DNA of 30,006 bases, taken from positions 7,670 through 37,675 of the forward strand of contig CAZPWM010000025.1 of NCBI GenBank assembly GCA_964590575.1, written 5' to 3'. This stretch comes from an uncultured archaeon. Its GTDB lineage: Archaea > Asgardarchaeota > Thorarchaeia > Thorarchaeales > Thorarchaeaceae. Positions 9,501-16,156 of this stretch are shown in pieces (positions within the stretch are counted from its first letter, which is position 1; each line of letters opens with the position of its first letter). The translations under genes were made by a program, and so were the position numbers. Below the pieces are notes generated by a model, which was not told the DNA's origin, ran no database searches, and worked only from the letters and a program-made list of their open reading frames with translations.

Positions 9501-10591
9501 AAGCCGTTCCTGGTGGTGTCGTCACTGCTCAGCTACCCGATGGGTCGAATCTACCTGTTGAAGTTTACAATTCAACGCACTTTGCAGTGGTTATTACAGC
9601 CGCAGACGTGGGTGAGATTAGGACTGCTGCATACGAAATTGCATTCATTGCAAATGCGTCTCTGTATGAATCATACACCGGCGCAGATGTCTACCGGTTG
9701 ACCGTTTATGTCAGTGAACCAACATACAACTTTGGTCTACTCGGTAGGTATTCAAAGACTACAGTCAATACGATAATGCTAATGACGCTTCTATTTGGAA
9801 TAATGGTTAGTGGTGTCGTGGCAGTCAGACGCATGCGGATTCCATACCAAATTAAGCAGATTGACAAGGCATTGAACCAGATTGAGAAAGGTAAGACTGC
9901 TAAGGTCGAGAAGATCAAGACCATGGGCATGGTTGTGTCTGAATTACTGGCCCCCGGCCTTGCAGAACTTGACATTGCAGCTCCAGTCATCGAGGCTGGA
10001 CCTGACGATGTTGGTGAGGTTATCTTCGATGAGGATGCTGGTGAGCTACTTGATGAACTTGATGCCCTGGATGACCTAGGCGTTGAGGAAGAAGTTGATA
10101 CAGATGAGCCTGACTTTGAAGCTGAACTTGAAGCCGAGCTTGAAACTATTGAAGCTCCTGAAGTAGAGGATGAACCTCAAGCAGCTGAGGTCGAAGCTGA
10201 AGAACCTGAAGAGGAAGTACCTGAACCAGAACCCGAAGTAGTTGAGGAAGCGATTGAGGAAGCTGAAGCAGAAGAGTCTGAGCCTGAGGTTGAGCTCGAA
10301 GAAACAGAGCTGGACGAAATTGAGGAAGAGGCGGATCTCGAGGAAGCAATTCCTGAGTCAGGACCTGAAGATGTCGAGGTAGTTGAAGCACCACCTGAAG
10401 ACGCTCCTGAGGACTTAGAAGTCACTGAATCAGATGCTGAAGAGTCTATTACGAAGTTAAGCAAGAAAGAAATGATTGACCTTCTGCCTCCTGAAATCAA
10501 AGAACGCTATCCTATAGAAGAACTAAGGAAGCTCAGTAAGAAGGAGCTTCAGGAACTTCTCGACTACATGGATGCAGTTGATGAGGTATAA
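3545..10591 (+). CDS. Giant (~2348 aa) single-pass cell-surface glycoprotein: signal peptide, DUF2341-like and IgGFc-binding-like N-terminal region, beta-sandwich repeats, TM helix, acidic tail, C-terminal helical module
   Basis: RYR + hydrophobic signal; WWNSTFIYRR (DUF2341-like); AHEDNTQV/LKAGE/STKPVSV (IgGFc-binding-like); repeated 'VEGAxV...TNxxG' and 'GNGTY/GNGSY'; many N-x-S/T sequons; TM near 9765-9825 followed by RRMR; ~150-200 aa Glu-rich tail. Confidence 0.85.
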   Translation: MDQRYRLLLLVGFLTLFLLPIGSTSPTKMTTDTLLTLNDGAITSGYQDEASWWNSTFIYRRYFNFTEPNVSDRTNVPIHVYLTFDEQHCYRDSIRVMEFQDPGWSAKEFQVWNITYYSGNDFVKSARVSFMIDVNQDTTEDCIYIYYAKQDVGVVSYPSFYPFIYKSYTFSLINLVSYYDDNNYYLEMFDDPLYGGDGTWKDPNFVNNGVDTRWKNSQVTPDSTPSGTLDKFDNVRYEPTTSSYSDFFGYYTVYSNYPLAVSMGHGDKGSNNAINDWFPGVDEYGEGLGTKFILGGVEGFESYNEGKYWVQAHEDNTQVYVWTAGDTLDSGWSFYNGTSVSLWPAVLKAGEYIAKRDVVYTTYVMVNSTKPVSVRAGDSDARYSRDIGGFFTSVTGDLVGEEFYTIDMGNSNDRTRITNIGVAPVTVEWWRNTGSGWVKGVNLTNIPVNSSATISQGTSSASNPEDILRIRAPAGSRIFVEGVYNPPNVVDYGDWNPTMTGKRFGLDYRIWGGRGQKIFVFAWENAKIDISSYSGTSSLELPAGDAGFYMPVSASQSLHDLHSNATISVVVCGSFSTSTPNYPSGDQGYGWMVPSYTPEGDEAGVIIFASDEVKLFEFDVTIVDLDGFPVEGAFVELLNTDDSPWLDDNGLGRSGLTNVDGLIIFEGLSNQTFRISTSIDAATWLSTSYSNVWVNDTSDNGVTDSVTYIEITLSMANVDLYFEDLMHNPMADNDNEDTTVRLVEMTGDPADYVAQAQTNATGTAHFYRVPRNNYDVYARYAGSLGWSYGYDDISNFARWYIGITEFDTGSFNHNWDFPLITLDIHVVSWDVLDVVGASIKINNSVDENAYQITKASDVSGDYTFYRIVNGTWNLDVWKADDYANTPLARNYTVSLSDLQSYTSEIIQLPLSRLVLRVQTPGLANVEGAQVNVTLRGVGLVAQGTTNSTGHVTFLNIHANLSYPYSVSYNVTVVKGTEQNGTFIELLVKCDFDWTYINRITITEPLYSAAYTELNSTKYFMNAKWGQNATFSVGWFDRTGPTTSVITFDSTSWLNFTIYLDGAPIGWGSWTQSASTWIDDPVGIYFLVTIDTDFWNLGISSTAYVIVIEADTSLKDAPAPITIYLTVQAASTSQGIGTANIVEYYGTQEEHLYWLHDTTNGLNVSNLDVYTYSVKYGTQVLKSGLLSNNGNGTYSLPVAALSGINVGNYLVYITLQKANYINQSFAIDATLNNLPSVVVITPNPGYEWSLSADGIVFQYQIAWNSTPTDLTSVSVKIEWVTYPGGVSYLNVTRILSASGGDLTYDFYRNLVPVGNWTVRITCSHANYGIGVGTFSFLDVSEATTNLTVIPPSALTVDWTEPAIFFVDYFRGGTGLVGAQVTTDYPGTVVVNYQGNGRYSIAFDTAIPADVYIISVGFSLANHESQEDTVTVTIRTPITIETDFGSEETPLIAYWTRTFDIVVRLMDSSRVDTNITGAMITYDWDLPVFIASGSLTEVPGMPGLYGITLLGSQASPLINEYQITLIATKGTSSATATIFLVIQDVPNEIILSHKLFRTYFGDIATVWFYWNNTLDNAPIILPSSVIFQIIPLGTGISGVTNYGNGSYSFVVDTLYLGMNVDDFDGFYPVSITMLADGFATGTEEVYFLMSESPTNLDLVGPVEAEWSEDMTVKVNLRDTLHDVLVWDGATVELVYGTYIVPMFSYGNGTFWVTFDSAAYFSASETPYDVTVRYSIPNYVDGDIAIEVQVNPVLCEIHIITGHLQDNVYNGTWTDSVEVQFWVLYAGEVTHPPEGIGTYSWVGYPSVGGTFNFASLIYTLSIDTTEVPAGIRTLRLFMTLQNHTVTPYDITFVLDPLTADLDTETTDLEVVYDSTDSISLTFDLTYGGSPLTGATISFELGGITFQHSSTPAPGQYNFAITPTLVSGLIAPETYLLNFTVTLQNYTTTMTQIPLILLAPTTLTFDDEITIEYGSIITVYFAYWDTLNNQAVPGGVVTAQLPDGSNLPVEVYNSTHFAVVITAADVGEIRTAAYEIAFIANASLYESYTGADVYRLTVYVSEPTYNFGLLGRYSKTTVNTIMLMTLLFGIMVSGVVAVRRMRIPYQIKQIDKALNQIEKGKTAKVEKIKTMGMVVSELLAPGLAELDIAAPVIEAGPDDVGEVIFDEDAGELLDELDALDDLGVEEEVDTDEPDFEAELEAELETIEAPEVEDEPQAAEVEAEEPEEEVPEPEPEVVEEAIEEAEAEESEPEVELEETELDEIEEEADLEEAIPESGPEDVEVVEAPPEDAPEDLEVTESDAEESITKLSKKEMIDLLPPEIKERYPIEELRKLSKKELQELLDYMDAVDEV

Positions 10592-10596
10592 CCACC

Positions 10597-11481
10597 ATGA
10601 TACGAGAGATACACATCTTCAAAGATGGCCAGACACTATTTGAAGACGTCATAGTTCCTAACAAGGACCTCGACACATCAGCAGTGATGATGCTAGTTTC
10701 TTCTTCAGCTCAGAAACTCCAAGAGTGGAAGATTGACAGCATGGAGATTGAGCGTTATCGCTACGTCTACATGAACTCCCATAACACGCAATTCATTGTA
10801 ACAATGGACCGTCAAGCATCTCTTCAGAAAGTGATTGAGGCTATGATGGATCTTGTGTCCAAGTTCATGACTGTATTTGAGAGTACTCTTGAATCTAATG
10901 AATGGAAGTCAACTGATTTTTCACCGTTCGGTATAGGTTTCAGAAAGGTTGTTGGAAAGATTCCTGTGAAGATGTGTCTAGCAGGACATGGTGGTACTGG
11001 GAAAACTACTCTGCTCGAGCTGGCAACCCTTCCATCGCGAGGTCCACCTCAAGAGTATGTGCCCACGTTTTTTGGTGATAAAGCATTCCTCAAGGCTGAT
11101 TTCGACCCCTATATCTTCAGTATTTTCGATTTAGGAGGCCAAGATCGATTCGTGCAGGAGTGGGGGAAGATCATCCGATCCGGCAGTCTTGTAGTACTTG
11201 TTACTGACTCTACCAAGGAAAACCTAGCCTGGACAAAGCGTGTTGCATATCCAGTGTTAAGAGCTGAACTGCCATATGCAAGAGCAATAGCAATAGCAAA
11301 CAAACAAGACTTGCAAGGGGCGCTATCACCTGAAGAGGTCGGAAAGAAACTAGGTGTGCCAGCTTATGGAATGCAGGCAAACCAGCGAGATTTCAGAGAC
11401 CGATGGTTGAAACTACTGAGAGCAGTGGCCTTTGAAGAGGTTGACTTTACAATAGTCGGTGAGATTGTGGAGGTAGATTAG
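10597..11481 (+). CDS. Longin domain fused to an Arf/Rab-like small GTPase
   Basis: G1 GHGGTGKTT, G2 YVPT, G3 DLGGQDRF, G4 ANKQD; the N-terminal ~120 aa have the longin beta-beta-alpha-beta-beta-beta-alpha pattern (IREIHIFKDG...YRYVYM...FIVTMD...LVSKFMTVF). Confidence 0.85.
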   Translation: MIREIHIFKDGQTLFEDVIVPNKDLDTSAVMMLVSSSAQKLQEWKIDSMEIERYRYVYMNSHNTQFIVTMDRQASLQKVIEAMMDLVSKFMTVFESTLESNEWKSTDFSPFGIGFRKVVGKIPVKMCLAGHGGTGKTTLLELATLPSRGPPQEYVPTFFGDKAFLKADFDPYIFSIFDLGGQDRFVQEWGKIIRSGSLVVLVTDSTKENLAWTKRVAYPVLRAELPYARAIAIANKQDLQGALSPEEVGKKLGVPAYGMQANQRDFRDRWLKLLRAVAFEEVDFTIVGEIVEVD

Positions 11482-11482
11482 A

Positions 11483-12055
11483 ATGTCAGATCCAAGTAAT
11501 TTTACGAAAAGTGTCGTAACTGAAGAAGAACGAAAACGTTTGATTGGTGAGATTGGACGCATAAAGGAAACTCTTGACAGCTTCAAGTACGGTTTAAACT
11601 TCGAAGAATTCGCTGACGAGCTGTTCAAAACAGTTGACAGACAAACATTAGCCATAAAGAAACTCGATGAGAAGATGACCGATATTGTCGAGAGAATGGA
11701 ACGACTGGAACGACGCTTCAATGAAGGTATCAAAGTTGCAGTATCCGGAGCTGTTGGTTCGGATTCTAGGCAAGTCAGTGAAAGCGGTGACGTGATTCTG
11801 GATGAACTTTCGACCAAGAAGGATGTACCAGTAGCTGAACCCGTGCGGGATGAAAACCATGAAACCCTTGAAAAAGAAATTGGAGATTTGAAAATCAAGA
11901 TAGGCCGACTCTTTGAGAAAGAAAATGAGCTTGAAGAGATGACTATGAATGACCCTGCTGGTGCCAAAGAGTACGAGGAAAAGGCAGGTACTGCGCGAGA
12001 AATGAGGAGAGGCCTTGAAGAAAAGCTGAAAGAGCTGGAAGGCAAACTCCGGTAA
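11483..12055 (+). CDS. Coiled-coil hypothetical protein (two helical blocks separated by a linker)
   Basis: E/K/L-rich heptads at both ends; starts 1 nt after the GTPase stop. Confidence 0.7.
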   Translation: MSDPSNFTKSVVTEEERKRLIGEIGRIKETLDSFKYGLNFEEFADELFKTVDRQTLAIKKLDEKMTDIVERMERLERRFNEGIKVAVSGAVGSDSRQVSESGDVILDELSTKKDVPVAEPVRDENHETLEKEIGDLKIKIGRLFEKENELEEMTMNDPAGAKEYEEKAGTAREMRRGLEEKLKELEGKLR

Positions 12056-12067
12056 AGGTGAGTAGGA

Positions 12068-12424
12068 ATGGGTTTATTCGACAGATGGAGACGAAAGAAA
12101 ACGCCTGCACCACAACCTGTGGCAAGGCTTCACGAAACTACTAAAATTAAATCTGCAGCATCAGTTGAGGCTCCGGACATCGAGAGCGGACCTGAAACGA
12201 TTACATCTCTTCTTGGGAAGTACGAGGGTTTAGTTCAACGTCGTGAAGAGCTTAAAGTAGAACGAGAGGACCTCACACGAAAACTAGAGGATGGAAAACT
12301 TGAGGCAGCTGAGTTCAGAAAGGAACTCATGGCTAGGATTCAGGAAGCCGCACAGGTTTCAGAGAATCTGAGGGAAACCACAGTGAAACTCACTCAGGTT
12401 GGTTATCGCGGAACTCTAAGCTAA
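12068..12424 (+). CDS. Small protein with N-terminal basic amphipathic motif and C-terminal helical hairpin
   Basis: AGGTGA RBS at 12056-12061; MGLFDRWRRKK; hairpin ...KLEDGKLEAAEFRKEL... Confidence 0.7.
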   Translation: MGLFDRWRRKKTPAPQPVARLHETTKIKSAASVEAPDIESGPETITSLLGKYEGLVQRREELKVEREDLTRKLEDGKLEAAEFRKELMARIQEAAQVSENLRETTVKLTQVGYRGTLS

Positions 12425-12435
12425 GGTGAATATTC

Positions 12436-13857
12436 GTGTCGGACCGAAACAATCCTGAGAACACAGGTTCTGAACAGTCCGACTTGGAGAGAGAAACCCA
12501 ACGGTTGATGGATGAAGCCATGGGCGCGCGAGCGTCTGCAGAATCAGTAGCGCCTGAAGAAAAACAAACTGAACAAATAGATGTGACCTTCCAGAGGCTT
12601 CAAACACGAATGGAGGATCTTCTATCTACAATCGAGGATGCTTTAAGCTCAGTGGGACCTGATTTAGATTCTAAGACCGCACAAATCTATGCATCATTAA
12701 GTAAAAAGCTAGCTAATGCAGGTTTAGGTGTGTTTGCAACAGGAGCTGCAAAGTTAGTCAAGGACGAACTCGAATCTGAACTCTCTGTCGAGGCTGTTTT
12801 CGCACCAGTCCGTGAAGCAATTGAGAAGAGCAAAGCAACTATTGCTGATGTGATTGAAAAGACTGGGAAGGGTGCAGTCCGTAATATTGGGCAAGCATCT
12901 GGAAATGTTCAGGCAAAATTACTGCAAATGTACGCTAAACTCAGCGAGATGGACAAGCAATTAGAAACAGCTCGTGGTGAAGTTCGTAAATGGCGAGGAA
13001 AATCCAACGAGCTTGAGGAACGAATGCGCCACCGAGAGGATCTGATGTCACAGTCAAGTGAGGAAATGGTTCGGATGCACGATAGCATCAAGGACCTCAA
13101 TGCACAATTGCAGGAAAGAGATGATGTAGTTTCTCAACTGAAAGGTGAGTTAGGGCAAGCACAGTCGCAAGCTGAGCAGCAAAAAGAGCTGTTGAAGGCA
13201 CTAGACTCAGCAGAGCAGGTGGCAACTGATTATGAATCTAAAGTGCTCGAGCTGTCACAATTACAAGGCCAGCTCGCACAAGTAAACGAGCAACTCGGAC
13301 AAAAGGAAGCAGAACTATTGGTACTTCGGTCTGACCTAGAACAGCTAAAGCAAGAGAAAATTACTGCTGACTCTCAAATAATCGAGATGTCTGACAAACT
13401 TGCATCGTTGACCGGTTCTGAGAGAGACTATCAGGCGGAAGTTGATGAGATGAATGCCAAAGTGGCTGAATTACAGGCTCGTTGGGACACGCTCTATAGG
13501 GTTGCGGAGGATGACCCGACTTTCAAAGCATACTTCCTTGTTGCAGACAAGACTCAGTGGTTCCAACTACCACATCTCTCTTCTGCCCTAGGAATACCCA
13601 CTGTATTACTCAAAAGGAATTTACAGAAATTCGTTGAAGCAGGTCTTTTGGAGATCGAAGGAGACCGTGTCCGACCTCGCAGTCTGTCTGACTTGGTTTC
13701 GGATGTTGAATCCTCTGAGGAAACTTTACTTGAAAATGCTCGTGCAGAGTCTGATGGTAGTGCAACTGAATCCCTTGACCCCTCAGATTTGATCATGCCA
13801 ACACCTGAATATACAGGTCCTGAGAAGGGTGATGATTACGAACAGGAAGGAAGATAG
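12436..13857 (+). CDS. Long coiled-coil protein with C-terminal winged-helix and acidic tail
   Basis: GTG start with AGGTGA at 12424-12429; ~200 aa continuous heptads; LPHLSSALGIPTVLLKRNLQKFVEAGLLEIEGDRV is wHTH-like; no Walker motifs. Confidence 0.75.
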   Translation: MSDRNNPENTGSEQSDLERETQRLMDEAMGARASAESVAPEEKQTEQIDVTFQRLQTRMEDLLSTIEDALSSVGPDLDSKTAQIYASLSKKLANAGLGVFATGAAKLVKDELESELSVEAVFAPVREAIEKSKATIADVIEKTGKGAVRNIGQASGNVQAKLLQMYAKLSEMDKQLETARGEVRKWRGKSNELEERMRHREDLMSQSSEEMVRMHDSIKDLNAQLQERDDVVSQLKGELGQAQSQAEQQKELLKALDSAEQVATDYESKVLELSQLQGQLAQVNEQLGQKEAELLVLRSDLEQLKQEKITADSQIIEMSDKLASLTGSERDYQAEVDEMNAKVAELQARWDTLYRVAEDDPTFKAYFLVADKTQWFQLPHLSSALGIPTVLLKRNLQKFVEAGLLEIEGDRVRPRSLSDLVSDVESSEETLLENARAESDGSATESLDPSDLIMPTPEYTGPEKGDDYEQEGR

Positions 13858-14200
13858 ATTGGTTAGGACACTAGAAGAAGTCATGCGTTTTCTTGAGAAC
13901 TATACACTTGCCTGGCATCATTGGTTGATGCTCTTGTCACTTCTCAAACTTGGTGGAAGTGGCACAAAATCTCAGATTCTCCCAGTCTATAAGAAAGAGG
14001 GCTTCTCTCCACATGCAATTGATAAAGTATTCCAGACCGATTTGGAAGACCTAGGCGAAGCTGTTGAGGTGGAAGACGGTATTAGTAATCTTACCGAACG
14101 TTCAACAATCTACCTCACAGAGAATCTGAAATTTAGGAAATTTTTGAAGAAGCACCTCAAATCTGTCGTGAGCACATTCAAGACTCGCAGTCGAGCTTGA
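13832..14200 (+). CDS. Hypothetical protein, probable winged-helix fold
   Basis: Overlaps the previous gene by 26 nt (ATG 13832, or GTG 13829); LLSLLKLGGSGTKSQI...IYLTE pattern resembles a wHTH. Confidence 0.65.
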   Translation: MITNRKEDRLVRTLEEVMRFLENYTLAWHHWLMLLSLLKLGGSGTKSQILPVYKKEGFSPHAIDKVFQTDLEDLGEAVEVEDGISNLTERSTIYLTENLKFRKFLKKHLKSVVSTFKTRSRA

Positions 14201-14223
14201 TTGAACTATGGTTGGTGGTATGA

Positions 14224-14463
14224 ATGAAGGACCCACCCGACTCTCCACTGGATTCGGAAGATTCTATTGTTGAATCAAATAGTCAACAATCAGAGGATTC
14301 TTGTGAGCAAGATTTTCCTGAGAGCCTATCGAAACTCACGAAACGAGAATTATTAGATCTCATTCCCGCTGAGATTAAAGAGAGCACCTCTCTATCTGAT
14401 TTGAAACGATTATCAAAACAAGAATTACTTGCTCTTGTTGAAACTATTTTGGTCCAGGAATAG
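14224..14463 (+). CDS. 79 aa acidic protein carrying a copy of the giant surface protein's C-terminal module
   Basis: GGTGG RBS; LSKLTKRELLDLIPAEIKESTSLSDLKRLSKQELLALV aligns without gaps to the end of 3545..10591. Confidence 0.7.
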   Translation: MKDPPDSPLDSEDSIVESNSQQSEDSCEQDFPESLSKLTKRELLDLIPAEIKESTSLSDLKRLSKQELLALVETILVQE

Positions 14464-14549
14464 TTACAGAAGACATACCGAACCGTATCTCATTCTGATT
14501 CAGACACTCACGAAACCTTAACATGAAGTGATAGTGAGATTGGAATATC

Positions 14550-14882
14550 ATGTTAGGGAAGTCAATAACCAGCTCAAAGTGTAGCCTTTGTGATAGAGTG
14601 ATAGTCCCTCCAAGAGAGACCTGTCCATATTGTGGAAAGAGTGCAGGTCCTATGGAAATAGTGGCGTTATCTAATCGAGGAGTTGTTCAAAGTTACACTA
14701 CTCTTCAGATGCCCCCAGAAGGTTTTGAGGCTCCTTTGTCATTGGCACTTGTAGAACTCGAAAAAGGAGCATTGATCTTGTGCTTAGCCAATGAGCAATT
14801 TTGGTCCCCGCTAAATATCGGAGATCAAGTCGAGATACAAGTTGACTCTAAAGATAGATTCTGTTATCGGACCATTAGATGA
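14550..14882 (+). CDS. Zn-ribbon/OB-fold protein (DUF35, thiolase partner)
   Basis: KCSLC...PPRETCPYCG zinc ribbon; GVVQSYTT...PPEGFEAP...ALVEL...IGDQV OB-fold. Confidence 0.85.
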   Translation: MLGKSITSSKCSLCDRVIVPPRETCPYCGKSAGPMEIVALSNRGVVQSYTTLQMPPEGFEAPLSLALVELEKGALILCLANEQFWSPLNIGDQVEIQVDSKDRFCYRTIR

Positions 14883-14947
14883 TATTAGAGTGCACGGGCA
14901 GCTATGGATTTAAGCAAGTTCTCTACTACCCCTCATAGGTTTGAACG

Positions 14948-16117
14948 ATGGTTAACTATCTTTCTAATGTTCTTTGGACTGATGATGAAATAACCTTTAG
15001 ACAAAAGGTACAGGAGTTTTGTGCGAAGGAGATTGCACCTGTTGCGGATGAAATAGACAAAGGTCCTTATCCCCGTGAGCTCCTAAGAAAAATCGGAAAA
15101 GCTGGTTACATGGGTGTTCACCATGACAAATCTGTTGGCGGGACCGAATGTGGTCTCTCCTATGAGATCATAGTTGCTGAAGAGATTTCCGCTGTTAATG
15201 GCGGTCTCGATATGGCTAGGATGGCATCAACTACCCTTTATGGCATGCCTGTCGCTCGATTTGGTACTAATGAACAGAAGAAGAAGTACCTAGAACCAGT
15301 TGTGGCTGGCGACAAGATTGGGTGTATCGGGATAACAGAACCTGATGTGGGGAGTGATACAGCTGGAATGAAGACGCAGGCTGTGAAAGATGGGGACGAC
15401 TGGATTCTCAACGGTGAGAAGAGATTCATCACCAATGGGAGTCAAGCTGACTTCATGTGCGCATTTGCTATTACAGAACCCGCGGTCAAATCTAAGGAGG
15501 GAATGTCTGCATTCATCATTGATACAACTATGGATGGATTTAGCGTTATTCAGGACCACGACCTTCTTGGAATGAAATCAGCACGAGTTTCATGGTTAAA
15601 GTTTGAGGATCTCCGTGTGCCTGGAGATATGCTCCTTGGAAAGCCTGGGGCAGGGTTCCACATCCTTATGGATGAGCTCGACTCAGAGAGAACAGCAATT
15701 GCAGGCGAGGCAATTGGTTATGCAAGAACTCCCTACGAGATCGCAGTCAAGTACGCAACCGAACGTCATCAGTTTGGTAGGCCTATCCGTGCATTTGAGG
15801 GAGTGAGTTTCAAAATCGCTGACATGGCCATGAAACTAGAGGCTGGTCGTGCACTCACACTCACTGCAGCACGAATGTATGATCGTGGTGAAAATATTAC
15901 CAAAGAAGCTTCTATTGCCAAGCTATATACAACCGAGGCTGCTGTCCAAATCACAAATGATGCCCTGCAGATACTTGGTGGCATGGGTTATACAACAGAC
16001 TATCCAATCGAGCGCTTCCTAAGAGACGCTCGTTTAATGACAATTGGTGGAGGGACTGCAGAAATTCTCCGTTTCTTAATCCAGCGAGAGGTCTTCAAAG
16101 AATTCTTTCCTGGCTGA
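14948..16117 (+). CDS. Acyl-CoA dehydrogenase
   Basis: ITEPDVGSD, LNGEKRFITNG, RHQFGRPI, QILGGMGY, IGGGTAEI motifs. Confidence 0.95.
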   Translation: MVNYLSNVLWTDDEITFRQKVQEFCAKEIAPVADEIDKGPYPRELLRKIGKAGYMGVHHDKSVGGTECGLSYEIIVAEEISAVNGGLDMARMASTTLYGMPVARFGTNEQKKKYLEPVVAGDKIGCIGITEPDVGSDTAGMKTQAVKDGDDWILNGEKRFITNGSQADFMCAFAITEPAVKSKEGMSAFIIDTTMDGFSVIQDHDLLGMKSARVSWLKFEDLRVPGDMLLGKPGAGFHILMDELDSERTAIAGEAIGYARTPYEIAVKYATERHQFGRPIRAFEGVSFKIADMAMKLEAGRALTLTAARMYDRGENITKEASIAKLYTTEAAVQITNDALQILGGMGYTTDYPIERFLRDARLMTIGGGTAEILRFLIQREVFKEFFPG

Positions 16118-16130
16118 TAAGAAAGGAGCT

Positions 16131-16151
16131 GGAAGGGGAGATTCCCCTTCC
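16131..16151. terminator. Hairpin between convergent genes (possible terminator)
   Basis: GGAAGGGGA-GAT-TCCCCTTCC perfect 9 bp stem between stops at 16117 (+) and 16157 (-). Confidence 0.55.
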
Positions 16152-16156
16152 GATTT

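Noticed and set aside
10146-10500. Ser-rich and Leu/Gln-rich antisense ORFs
   Set aside because: Shadows of the GAA/GAG-rich acidic tail on the + strand
10591-10600. Kozak-like ACCACCATGA at the GTPase start
   Set aside because: Single short match in a 5 nt intergenic gap; translational coupling explains initiation and chance is likely
11413-12045. 210 aa minus-strand ORF
   Set aside because: Ser/Phe-rich mirror of the Glu/Lys-rich coiled-coil gene; no independent features
12436-13857. SMC/Rad50 assignment for the long coiled-coil protein
   Set aside because: No Walker A/B, signature, hinge or zinc-hook motif
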